Source: an uncultured Acidobacteriota bacterium
Lineage (GTDB): Bacteria; Acidobacteriota; JAQAZP01
Assembly: GCA_963836075.1 (NCBI GenBank)
Contig: CAWIIB010000009.1
Span: 128,001-192,000 of the forward strand
Reading direction: 5' to 3'
Length of the DNA: 64,000 nt
Below the pieces are notes generated by a model. That model was given only the letters and a program-made list of their open reading frames with translations. It did not search any database and was not told the DNA's origin. How positions within the stretch are numbered: the stretch's first letter is position 1; each line of letters starts with the position of its first letter. The translations under genes were made by a program, and so were the position numbers. Positions 9,439 through 18,815 of this stretch are shown here, piece after piece.

Positions 9439-10764
9439 TCACGGTTGGGGAAGGAGGTGGAAGTCCACCTGCTCGACGTCGGTCCAGGGTACGTACTCGG
9501 GGCGCTGACGGCCGTCGACGAAGATCAGCATGCCGGCATTCCCCTCGCCGAGGTCGCCGGCGCGCTCGAGCGGCAACTCCTCGCCGCTATGGAGGATGAC
9601 CCTTGTTCGCTGGTCGCCACGCTCTTCGCTGCCGGAGGGCACAATCGAGGCGATCATGCCGAAGGGGATCGTGTAGTCCACGCCCTGGGATGGAGCGTCC
9701 AGAGTCTCGGTGGTCTCGCTCTCGTCGAGGTCGTAGACCAGCCGGCCGGTAAAGCGGCGACCAGCGCGGGTGGTGACACTGCCGGTGAGCGGATGCCCCG
9801 GCGGGAAGTCACCGTACGATGGTCCACTGCCGCCGGGGCTGAAGTCGGCGCACACGAACGCGTCCCAGGAGATCAGCACCCGGCCGTAGCGCCGGTCATC
9901 GACGTAGACCCCGAGGTTGCCGCGCCCGACGTCGCGGGTGCCGGAGAGCACGATCTCGCGGCCATCGAGCAGCGTCACCAGGGAGCTGTCAGGCGAGCGG
10001 CGCGCGATGGAGCGGATGCTGTGGAAAGGCAGGCTGAGCAGACCATCGGCGGTGCGGCCGTGGAGTTCGTCGAGGCCGACGCACGCTTCGCGGTCCCACT
10101 GGAGAAAGCCGGTGAAGTCGCCGTGCTGTGTGCGCACCGTACCGTGCAGCCGATCAGGGGAGGCAGCGCCCGGCCCGTCGGTAGGCAGGAACTCTATGGT
10201 GCGGATCCGCCTGCTGTCCAGATCGACGATGCCCCTCCTGCCGTCCCACACCCGAACGCCGTCGTCGATGTCACCGGCGGAGAAGCGGTCGAGGGTGAAC
10301 ACGGTCCCGCTCTTGAGAGTCACCCGCACCTGGCGGCCGTGCGCCTCGATACGCGAGATGTCGCCGAAACGCGCCATGAACGGCCGCTCGAGGTCCAGCT
10401 GGCGCTCCCGGTGAGCAATCCGCACCCCGAAGATCTGGATCGGGCGGCGCTGCCCGGGCAACTGCTCTGGCGGCACGTGGACGACCCAGGGGTTCTCGAC
10501 TTTGGAGCCGTTGAGGTAATTGCCCCAGAACGCCTCCTCGTCGATCCCGAAGCGCAGCCGGCCCTCGTAGGTGTCGCCGCCGACCGTGGTGATGCGGCCG
10601 TAGAGGACGCCCGGGTGTGCTGCCGCCGCGGCGGTCGGGGAAGTGATCGCGGGTGAAATACCCGCGGCCTGCTCGGCGTCCGGCTCCAGAACCCAATAGA
10701 CGGCGAAGGCAAAGAGGACGAGCGCGGCGGCGAAGACCCCGCCGGCGATTACAGCTCTGGTCAT
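9439..10764 (-). CDS. Membrane-anchored/exported hypothetical protein with three internal ~130-140 aa beta-rich repeats
   Basis: N-terminal TM segment. Repeats begin LYGRITTVGGDTYEGRLRF, LHGTVRTQHGDFTGFLQW and LTGSVTTRAGRRFTGRLVY. Confidence 0.75.
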   Translation of the reverse strand: MTRAVIAGGVFAAALVLFAFAVYWVLEPDAEQAAGISPAITSPTAAAAAHPGVLYGRITTVGGDTYEGRLRFGIDEEAFWGNYLNGSKVENPWVVHVPPEQLPGQRRPIQIFGVRIAHRERQLDLERPFMARFGDISRIEAHGRQVRVTLKSGTVFTLDRFSAGDIDDGVRVWDGRRGIVDLDSRRIRTIEFLPTDGPGAASPDRLHGTVRTQHGDFTGFLQWDREACVGLDELHGRTADGLLSLPFHSIRSIARRSPDSSLVTLLDGREIVLSGTRDVGRGNLGVYVDDRRYGRVLISWDAFVCADFSPGGSGPSYGDFPPGHPLTGSVTTRAGRRFTGRLVYDLDESETTETLDAPSQGVDYTIPFGMIASIVPSGSEERGDQRTRVILHSGEELPLERAGDLGEGNAGMLIFVDGRQRPEYVPWTDVEQVDFHLLPQP

Positions 10765-10844
10765 GGTCGGCTCCCGCAAGAAACATTGCGGCCTGGCTAC
10801 CGGACAGGCCGATCGATCAGAAACACCATTCACCTGTCCATGGT

Positions 10845-10876
10845 TATACAGACTCGATGTGCAGATTTCGTGCAGG
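10845..10876 (-). promoter_or_regulatory. Candidate response-regulator box TGCAC-N6-TGCAC with adjacent -10-like element (copy 2)
   Basis: GTGCA at 10859 and 10870; lies between the repeat-protein gene and the divergent response regulator. Confidence 0.7.
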
Positions 10877-10946
10877 CGGGAAGGCGATTCCATGGATGTC
10901 GCTGCGGGGTGTGGCCCCGGCCGACAGCATGCGATATATTGAAAGC

Positions 10947-11639
10947 ATGCCGAAGCAGCAGACCATTCTTATCGTGGATGACGAACCGCACATCAGAGAG
11001 GTGGTGGTCTTCGCCCTGGAGAAGGCCGGGTACAACACCCTTGAGGCGGCCGACGGCGAACAGGCGCTGGCCCAGGTGGAACAGCACGCCCCCGACCTGG
11101 TGGTGCTCGACATCGTGCTCCCCGACATCGAGGGTACCGAGGTCTGCCGCCGGATCCGCACCTCGTCACAGGTGCCGATCCTCTTCCTCTCCTCGAAGAA
11201 CGAGGAGATCGACCGCGTCCTCGGGCTGGAGCTGGGCGGCGACGACTACGTGACCAAGCCGTTCAGCCCCCGGGAGCTGGTGGCCCGGGTCAAGGCCATC
11301 CTCCGCCGGGCCGAGGCGGCGGGCGCCGCCCCGGATGCGGAACCCCTGCGGCACAATCTGCTGCAGCTGGATCTGGAGCGCTGCATGGCCGCCTGGGACG
11401 GCCGGGAGGTGACCCTCACCGCCACCGAGTTCAATCTCCTGCGGGCCCTGCTGGGCCGGCCGGGCAAGGTCTACAGCCGCGGCGAGCTGATGGAGCGGGC
11501 CTACGAGGGCGCCAGCGTGGTCAGTGAACGGACCCTGGACAGCCACGTGCGCCGGGTGCGCGAGAAGTTCAGGGAGGTGGGCGGCGACCCCATCGAGACC
11601 GTGCACGGCTTCGGCTACAAACTCGGCCCCTGCCAATGA
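10947..11639 (+). CDS. OmpR/CreB-like DNA-binding response regulator
   Basis: ILIVDDE, LVVLDIVLPD, GGDDYVTKPFSPRELVARV, winged helix ending IETVHGFGYKL. Confidence 0.95.
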   Translation: MPKQQTILIVDDEPHIREVVVFALEKAGYNTLEAADGEQALAQVEQHAPDLVVLDIVLPDIEGTEVCRRIRTSSQVPILFLSSKNEEIDRVLGLELGGDDYVTKPFSPRELVARVKAILRRAEAAGAAPDAEPLRHNLLQLDLERCMAAWDGREVTLTATEFNLLRALLGRPGKVYSRGELMERAYEGASVVSERTLDSHVRRVREKFREVGGDPIETVHGFGYKLGPCQ

Positions 11640-13258
11640 TCGGAAAATACCAGCCCAGCCTGCGCACGCTCTTCCTGGTGGTGAGCCTGATCGTGCTGCT
11701 ATTGCCCCTGGGCGGCATCGCCGTTCTCCGGCTCTACGAGACCTCCCTGGTGCAGCGCACCGAGTCGGCGCTGATCGGCCAGGGGGCACTGGTGGCGGCC
11801 TTCTACCGCGAGGAGCTGGCGCGGCAGCTGGCCGCGGCTCCCGAGGAAGAGGGGATCGACCCCGCGCGCTACGGCAACCCGCTGAGCCCCCTGTGGCAGG
11901 CCGACCCCAGCCTGCCCTTCACCCCCATCCACCCGTCCCTCGACATGGCTTCCTCCTCGATCAGCGGCCCGGCCGCGGAGGCGACCCTGGCGATCCAGCC
12001 GGCGGACCGCTGTGCCGAGGCCGCCGGCCGGGCACTTTCCCCGGTGCTCAGCCAGGCCAAGCTGGTCTCCCTCTCCGGTATTCGCATCGTCGACCACCGG
12101 GGCACGGTGGTGGCCAGCAGCGGCACCGAGCTGGGCCTGTCGCTGCTCGTTCGCGAGGAGGTGCCGCGGGCGCTGGCCGGCGAGCCGGTGAGCCTGCTCC
12201 GCCAACGGATCTCCGACGAGGCGCCGCCGGCCGTCGATTCGCTGAGCCGCCGGACCCGGGTGCGGGCCTACGTGGCCCTGCCGGTGGTCTCCGGAGACCG
12301 GGTCTGGGGTGCGGTGGTGCTCTCCCGCACCCCGCTGGACGTTCAGAAAGCGCTGTACAACCGCCGCCACACCCTGCTGCTGGGGGGCGCCGCGCTGCTG
12401 GCCGCCGTGCTGCTGATCACCCTGTTGACCACCTTTGCCGTCACCCGGCCGATGAAACAGCTGGTGCGCCAGGCCGAGGCCGTGACCCGCGGCCGCCGGG
12501 ACGCGGCCCGGCCGCTGGACTCCCCCGGCACCCGCGAGGTGGCCCGGCTCTCCGAGGCCATTGCCGCCATGGCCGCGGCGCTCCAGGAGCGGGCGGACTA
12601 CATCCGCACCTTTGCCTCCAACGTCTCCCACGAGTTCAAGGCGCCGCTGACCTCGCTCAAGGGCGCGGGGGAGCTGTTCCGCGACCACCTGGAGGAGATG
12701 AGCCGGGAGGAGCTGGAGCGGTTCCTGCGGATCATGGAAGCGGACGTGGAACGGCTGGAGCGGCTGGTCAACCGGCTGCTGGAGCTGGCCCGGGCCGACA
12801 TGGCCGCCCCGGGGGAACAGCGCTGCGACCCGCTGCCGCTGCTCCGGGGGCTGGCCGACCGCTACCGCGACGCCGGCCTGGAGGTGGAACTGCGGCCGGC
12901 AACCGGCGATCTCCAGGCCGCCATCTCCGCCGCCGACCTGGAGTCGGTCTTCTCCATCCTCCTCGACAACACGCTGCAGCATGCCGGGGCCGGCCGCTCG
13001 GTCTCCATCACCCTCTCCCCCGCCGCCGGTGACGCGGCATGGCTGGAGATCGGCTACGCCGACGACGGCCCGGGGATCCCGCAGCAGGCGGCGGGCAGGA
13101 TTTTCGATCCCTTCTACACCACCGCACGCGAACAGGGCGGCAGCGGACTGGGTCTGGCCATCGTCAGGTCACTGCTGGAGGCCCACGGCGGCAGCATCGA
13201 ACTGTTGCCGTCAGCGGCGGGGACCAGGTTTACGATCCGCCTCCCCGGCGGCGAATAG
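11636..13258 (+). CDS. CreC-like sensor histidine kinase (2 TM, HAMP, HisKA, HATPase)
   Basis: NVSHEFKAPL H-box, DDGPGI, FDPFYTT, GSGLGL; overlaps the regulator stop (ATGA). Confidence 0.95.
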   Translation: MIGKYQPSLRTLFLVVSLIVLLLPLGGIAVLRLYETSLVQRTESALIGQGALVAAFYREELARQLAAAPEEEGIDPARYGNPLSPLWQADPSLPFTPIHPSLDMASSSISGPAAEATLAIQPADRCAEAAGRALSPVLSQAKLVSLSGIRIVDHRGTVVASSGTELGLSLLVREEVPRALAGEPVSLLRQRISDEAPPAVDSLSRRTRVRAYVALPVVSGDRVWGAVVLSRTPLDVQKALYNRRHTLLLGGAALLAAVLLITLLTTFAVTRPMKQLVRQAEAVTRGRRDAARPLDSPGTREVARLSEAIAAMAAALQERADYIRTFASNVSHEFKAPLTSLKGAGELFRDHLEEMSREELERFLRIMEADVERLERLVNRLLELARADMAAPGEQRCDPLPLLRGLADRYRDAGLEVELRPATGDLQAAISAADLESVFSILLDNTLQHAGAGRSVSITLSPAAGDAAWLEIGYADDGPGIPQQAAGRIFDPFYTTAREQGGSGLGLAIVRSLLEAHGGSIELLPSAAGTRFTIRLPGGE

Positions 13259-13347
13259 TGTTTCTGAGTATGCCAATGAGGAGGTCCTGACGCGGGAATT
13301 CCTGCGCGCCGGCTTCGGTTCCGGCCGGACGTAACCATGCGGTCTGA

Positions 13348-14883
13348 TCAGGCCCCCTTCAGCTGCTTCGAGAAATACTCCCGTGCCGGGTCGACGTACT
13401 CGGGGAGCATCCACTCGTTCTCCAGGTCATCGTTAATGTGATGGACCGAGACCAGTTTTTTGCGGCTGAAACGCCGGATGACCGGATGGAGATAGAAGGC
13501 TTCATGGGCCTGTTCCGGGGACGGGTCACGCATCACGCTGAACGGGTTGCCGGTGTGCTTGCCGTACTCCAGGCTGACCACGTAGTAGTCCCGCTCCCTG
13601 CCGAGGAAGGAGTTCGGGATGTGGTCCTTGCGCACATCCTCGTAGCAGCGGGCGGTGCCGTTCTTCCCATCCACCGCCACCACATCACAGAGGAATCCGG
13701 GCTGGAGAAAGACGCCCGGGGAGACGTTGATCCGGTGGATGACCTTCTGCAGCACTGACTCCACCGAAGCGGGGATCTCCTCCGCCGGCCAGGGTTTCCC
13801 GGAATAGCGCTCATCGAGGATCCTGCTCAGTGTGCGGATATTGTGGCGAAAGCCGTGAATGAAGCCCGACATGGTCTTCTTGTAGTCACAGGCCTGCATC
13901 AGGGTGCCGGCGAAATACATGTCCGGGACCTTGACCGATTCCCAGGCCGTGGTCTGGGCGGGCAGGCGATCGTCCTGCATCAGCTCGGGACGGCAGTTCT
14001 CGTCGAAAATCGAAGCGTCGAACCGGAATCCCGTGCAGCAGATCACGCGGTCGTAGACCAGTTCGCGGGTCTGGCCCATGGCGTGGCTGTATTTGATGTT
14101 CACGACGAACTTGCCGTCGCGCTTTCTGACCCGCTCCACGTCTGCATCGATGGCAGCGTTCTGGGACTTCAGCTGGTAGGTGTCGAGGAAATTGTTGTTG
14201 ACCGCCCGCAGGTTTCCCACGAAGTGGGTGTCCCAGGCCATGCGTATCGAATTCGGGCTGACCATGTGCAGGACAGCAGTCACCCCGAACAGGTGTTCGG
14301 CGGTTTCGAAGGCGGAGTTGCTCTTGCCGATGAGCAGGACGCGCTTGTTGCGGTAGTTCCGGAGGTTCATCGAGTGATTCCCGTAGGTCTCACAGAGCTC
14401 GATTCCAGGAATATCGGGGATGTACTCTTTCGAAACCCCGGTGGCGACGATCAGCCGGGACGATTTGAAGACCCGGTTCCGGGAATCCTTGACACGGAAG
14501 ATCCCGTCCTTGCGGGAGACCCTGGTCACCCGCGTATCGTGCTCCACCTTGATTTTGTAGCGCTTCTTGAAATCGTTCAGATAGCGGCGGAGGTCGGACG
14601 GTTTTGGAAAGTACGAATCGGTGTAGGTGGTGAATTTGAAATGGTCATCCGAGAGGAGGGAGTTCCAGTCCCAGCGGAGGTTCTGTTCCTGGTCCTTGAT
14701 GCCGGTATGCACCTTGTTGATCGAGATCAGGTATCCGTGCCTCGGCATTTCCTTGAAGAATGAACCGGGCTTTGCCGCCTGGTCGAGGATCAGATAACTG
14801 TAGCCCCGGCGAGCCAGATAGTAGCCCATCTGCAGGCCGGCCGGCCCCGCACCGATCACGAGAAAGTCATACTGATTTTTCAT
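13348..14883 (-). CDS. FAD/NAD(P)-dependent oxidoreductase, FOXRED2-like
   Basis: IGAGPAG FAD motif, LISINKVHTG...NLRWDWNSLL, second Rossmann GKSNSAFE, SGFIHGFR. Confidence 0.85.
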   Translation of the reverse strand: MKNQYDFLVIGAGPAGLQMGYYLARRGYSYLILDQAAKPGSFFKEMPRHGYLISINKVHTGIKDQEQNLRWDWNSLLSDDHFKFTTYTDSYFPKPSDLRRYLNDFKKRYKIKVEHDTRVTRVSRKDGIFRVKDSRNRVFKSSRLIVATGVSKEYIPDIPGIELCETYGNHSMNLRNYRNKRVLLIGKSNSAFETAEHLFGVTAVLHMVSPNSIRMAWDTHFVGNLRAVNNNFLDTYQLKSQNAAIDADVERVRKRDGKFVVNIKYSHAMGQTRELVYDRVICCTGFRFDASIFDENCRPELMQDDRLPAQTTAWESVKVPDMYFAGTLMQACDYKKTMSGFIHGFRHNIRTLSRILDERYSGKPWPAEEIPASVESVLQKVIHRINVSPGVFLQPGFLCDVVAVDGKNGTARCYEDVRKDHIPNSFLGRERDYYVVSLEYGKHTGNPFSVMRDPSPEQAHEAFYLHPVIRRFSRKKLVSVHHINDDLENEWMLPEYVDPAREYFSKQLKGA

Positions 14884-15299
14884 CGCACGTTCTACTCACT
14901 GGATACTCTTCCCCTGCCGCAACAAGCATGACGAGAGTAATCCCGTTTCAAAATTTTGGCGGAGGCTGGATTTGTTCACATTCAGGATGGGCAAGCTGCG
15001 AATTTTTTGCAATCCGCTTGATTCTGCGCATCCCTTACACTGCTATTCTGAAATTTTATATCAATGAACGGCGGATACTGTCGGGCTTTGAGTGACAACC
15101 GTCAAACAATTCGGCTGTTTCGAAAGATAACTATTGCTGTTTGTTTGCGGTACGTCAGGAGAATGCCTATTATCCCTCGGCTCGACTGGGGCGAGGCGGG
15201 ACGTGAGCTTCTCCCTGCGGGATAATATTTTTTTCGAGTATGTGCAAATCATGGTAATCTGATCAGCGTAGGTTATCAGTAAATGGAATTTGAACGGCC

Positions 15300-16628
15300 A
15301 TGGTGCATACTCGATACCAGCAGAATTCATCGAGACCGGATAAGAGCAGTAAGGGATCCAGGTTCCGGAAAGCCTTGCTGCCGCTGGTCATTCTTCTTGC
15401 GACCCTTTCCATTGTCGATACGGCCTGGTGCGTCTACATTGATTCAAGGCTCGGTTTCACCTGGCAGAGGCTCGAGGGGGAAGGCACAAAGGTCGATTTC
15501 GAGATATTCTTCCCGCGGAGCCATACCCTTGCTGGATACGGGGATGACCTGTGGAGCTTCACAGTGCTCCAGCTGGAGGAGCCTGCCACACTGGAGATCA
15601 GCAGTGACGCGGTGGAGAACCGCATCTTGAAATTGCATGGTCTGTTCGACCGGGCGAGGTTCTTCAACGTTCAGGTGGTGGAATCCGAAGAAGACCCATT
15701 CTCCTACACCATTGACGAATCCCGGAAATATCCATTTCCCCAGGCCTATCCCGACGACGTTCTGGAATTTCTCAGGCCGGGCAGGAACATCGAGTCGGAC
15801 CGCCTGGAGATACGGACCCTGGCCCAGGAGCTGGCCGGTGAATTCGCTGATCCCGAATCCGGCTGCATGTACCGGGCGGTGAAGGCGATCATCAACTCGG
15901 GATACTTCCATTACATGCCCTATGACTACGAGAACCTTGAGGAGGTGACCAACGGCTGTGTCACCACTTCCTTTGCCGATGGACGGGTGCGATCCGCCTT
16001 TGAAGTGTACCAGGATTACATCGGTGTCTGTTCATCCAAAGCCAGGCTGGGGGCTGCGCTCTGCCGGTCGATCGGCATCCCCGCGCGGACGGTGAGCAAG
16101 ACCGGTCTGCACGCCTGGACCGAAATGTGGATCAACGGCCTGGGCTGGGTGCCGGCGGAATATACCGGTGCCGAGCGGTTCCCCAAGCCGATCACCGGCA
16201 ACAATCACACCACCTCGAGACTTTCCACCCGTGATGACTCCATCTGGTTCACCTGGGATCCGCCCTGTCTCTCGGAGTTCAACATGCTGAGTTCTGACGA
16301 GTACAACTTCGAGTTCGCCGTGGCCAGCACCATCATCGCCCATCCCGCCGGCGAGATCCTCCATGACAGCCCTGAATGTCGCAGAGCGTTCATTCCCGTG
16401 GCGCTGAGAATCGGTATCTATTGTGTTGCGGACGAAAAGGGGCTCACTCTCTACACGCTGAACGTGCTCACCGGTGAACTGCTGGACACGGATATCCTCC
16501 CCGGGCAGGCAGGGGTGGCGCTGATCTCCATCTCCCCGGATTCCACGAAGAGCATCCAGTATCGCAAGGTCGGTGAATACGTCATCCTGAATATACTCTC
16601 CAGCCCTCGGGTCCCAGCCTCGGAATGA
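15300..16628 (+). CDS. Exported transglutaminase-like domain protein
   Basis: Hydrophobic signal/TM segment; GVCSSKARLGAALCRSIGIPARTV and HAWTEMWINGLGWVPAE. Confidence 0.8.
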   Translation: MVHTRYQQNSSRPDKSSKGSRFRKALLPLVILLATLSIVDTAWCVYIDSRLGFTWQRLEGEGTKVDFEIFFPRSHTLAGYGDDLWSFTVLQLEEPATLEISSDAVENRILKLHGLFDRARFFNVQVVESEEDPFSYTIDESRKYPFPQAYPDDVLEFLRPGRNIESDRLEIRTLAQELAGEFADPESGCMYRAVKAIINSGYFHYMPYDYENLEEVTNGCVTTSFADGRVRSAFEVYQDYIGVCSSKARLGAALCRSIGIPARTVSKTGLHAWTEMWINGLGWVPAEYTGAERFPKPITGNNHTTSRLSTRDDSIWFTWDPPCLSEFNMLSSDEYNFEFAVASTIIAHPAGEILHDSPECRRAFIPVALRIGIYCVADEKGLTLYTLNVLTGELLDTDILPGQAGVALISISPDSTKSIQYRKVGEYVILNILSSPRVPASE

Positions 16629-16770
16629 CAGAAGAATGGGGACTGGCCGATCGCTGCCGGGAATCACTCTTTCTTCGCGATCCCCAGCTGCACGCCGCAG
16701 GCCCGGGCAACGGGTATGGCAACCGATGGCCCGGCACCGGCAGGGGGCGGCCGGATGCGCCGGTGAAATG

Positions 16771-16799
16771 TTGACGACGGAAAGGGAAACCCATATATT
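16771..16799 (+). promoter_or_regulatory. Sigma70-type promoter TTGACG-N17-TATATT for the 16.8-26 kb operon
   Basis: Near-consensus hexamers at 16771-16776 and 16794-16799, about 35 nt before the GTG at 16834. Confidence 0.65.
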
Positions 16800-16833
16800 C
16801 AATTGCAGTCTTGACTGATGATCTCGAAGGGGG

Positions 16834-18069
16834 GTGTTTCCGTTCCGCTCAATCCTCTCCGTTGGACTGATTCTGGCGTTTTCCGCCGGAGGGACAATTG
16901 CGGCAGGAGCTCAAACATTCGCCTTCCGCGGGGAAGCGTCCATCGCAGGAATACTCAGCGACGCTGAAGAGGCCGACCGTCAGGCTACGGCCCGCTACCT
17001 TCCCGAGTTGTCCCTTAATATCCACCTTGCCAAATCCGTGACTCTGGATTTTTCTGCTGCAGCCAACCTGTGGGCCTATCAAGCCTCGGTCTCCGACGGG
17101 GAGAACCTGTCCGAAAGCGGCGCCGATCCCTATCGCGCCTGGGTGCGGCTTTCCGACCCCCGCTTCGAGGTTCGCGCCGGGCTGCAAAAGATCTCCTTCG
17201 GATCGGCAAGTATTTTCCGCGCCCTGATGTGGTTCGACCGTATCGACCCTCGTGACCCGCTGCAACTCACAGAGGGGGTCTGGGGCCTGCTGTGCCGGGC
17301 CTACCTGCCGGGCAATGCCAACGCTTGGGGATGGGTCCTGAGAGGAGAGGACGAGCGGAAGGGGTGGGAGTTCATCCCGACCGAGGACGGGACCGTCGAA
17401 GGGGGGGGAAGACTTCAGGTGCCGCTCGGGCCGGGGGAAGCGGCGGTCACCTATCACCGGCGACGGTTCGATCTCGCCTCCCTCGGTGGCGTTCCCGCCG
17501 GTGTCTACTCCGGGTCGGGACCGGAAGACCGCTTCGCCGTCGACGGAAAGTGGGATCTCGAACTGGGTGTCTGGGTGGAAGGGGCGTTCATCCGGCAGGA
17601 GTCGGAGGCCCTGGAGCGCACCTGGAGCCGCGCGCTGAGTCTCGGCGCGGATTACACCTTCGAGATCGGCAATGGCCTGACGGTTCTTTCCGAATACTTC
17701 TACAAGGATAACCCGTCCCTTGCGGTGATCCCTCCCGCCGGGGGCGCCGGGAGTATCGAGCCGGAGCGCTCGCGCAGTGCTCCCGCGGAGCCGTTCCCGC
17801 CCCAGGTCCAGCTCGCGTCGTTCACGGCCAGCTACCCCTTCGGTGTCCTCGATCGGGTGGCCCTGGCCGCCTACCGGGACCTGGACAGTTCCGACTGGTA
17901 CAGCCTCCTGGAGTGGCGGCGCAGTTACGATCGCTGGCGGTTCCACTTCCTGGCGTTCTGGAATCCCGAGCAAAGCTCCCTGTTCCCTCCCTCTTCCGCG
18001 GGGAACGCCGCCAGTTCCGGGTCGCTGTCGGGCCGGGGCGTACAACTTATCGTGGTGTTCAACCATTGA
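16834..18069 (+). CDS. Exported protein, probable outer-membrane beta-barrel
   Basis: Signal peptide; YRAWVRL..RFEVRAGLQKISFG; amphipathic strands; C-terminus LIVVFNH. Confidence 0.7.
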   Translation: MFPFRSILSVGLILAFSAGGTIAAGAQTFAFRGEASIAGILSDAEEADRQATARYLPELSLNIHLAKSVTLDFSAAANLWAYQASVSDGENLSESGADPYRAWVRLSDPRFEVRAGLQKISFGSASIFRALMWFDRIDPRDPLQLTEGVWGLLCRAYLPGNANAWGWVLRGEDERKGWEFIPTEDGTVEGGGRLQVPLGPGEAAVTYHRRRFDLASLGGVPAGVYSGSGPEDRFAVDGKWDLELGVWVEGAFIRQESEALERTWSRALSLGADYTFEIGNGLTVLSEYFYKDNPSLAVIPPAGGAGSIEPERSRSAPAEPFPPQVQLASFTASYPFGVLDRVALAAYRDLDSSDWYSLLEWRRSYDRWRFHFLAFWNPEQSSLFPPSSAGNAASSGSLSGRGVQLIVVFNH

Positions 18070-18086
18070 CCGGTGAGCGCAAGCAG

Positions 18087-18815
18087 ATGGAAAACGGCAT
18101 TCTGATCCAGACCGACGGGCTGTCCAAGCGCTACCCCATGGGCGCCGGCGAAATCATCGCTCTCGAGGATATCAGCCTCACCTTCGGTGAAGGGGAGTTC
18201 AGCGGCATCGTCGGCCCCAGCGGCTCGGGAAAGACAACCCTGCTCAACATCATCGGGACACTGGACAGCCCGACCAGGGGCACGGCCCGGGTATTGGGAC
18301 AACACGTCGAGCGTCTGACGCACCGGGCGGCCGCCGAACTCCGCAGCCGCCACATCGGTTTCATCTTCCAGACCTTTTGCCTCCTCCAGTTCTACACGGT
18401 TTTCGAAAATGTCGAGTTTCCGCTCCTCCTGCTGGGCATGACCGCGCGAGACCGCCGACGGGCGGTGATGGAGGCGCTGGAACGGGTGGGCCTGGCCGAT
18501 CGGGCGGCCTCCAGGCCCAACCAGCTCTCGGGCGGGCAGAGCCAGCGAGTCGCCATCTCCCGGGCCATCGTCAAGAAGCCCCGGCTGGTCCTGGCCGACG
18601 AGCCGACGGCCAATCTGGACGCGGAAAATTCGCACAATATCCTCCAGACCATGGAGCGGCTGAATAGAGACCTGGGCACGACCTTCCTCTTCGCCACGCA
18701 TGACGAGAAGGTCATCCGCTACCTGCGCCGGACCATCACCCTCGAGGACGGCCGGGTGGCCGGCGACCTCGCGGCACATGCGGGGCGGAGCGAACAGGAG
18801 GATACCGGTCCATGA
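18087..18815 (+). CDS. ABC transporter ATP-binding protein (LolD/MacB-like)
   Basis: GPSGSGKT, LSGGQSQRV, LADEPTANLD, ATHD. Confidence 0.95.
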   Translation: MENGILIQTDGLSKRYPMGAGEIIALEDISLTFGEGEFSGIVGPSGSGKTTLLNIIGTLDSPTRGTARVLGQHVERLTHRAAAELRSRHIGFIFQTFCLLQFYTVFENVEFPLLLLGMTARDRRRAVMEALERVGLADRAASRPNQLSGGQSQRVAISRAIVKKPRLVLADEPTANLDAENSHNILQTMERLNRDLGTTFLFATHDEKVIRYLRRTITLEDGRVAGDLAAHAGRSEQEDTGP

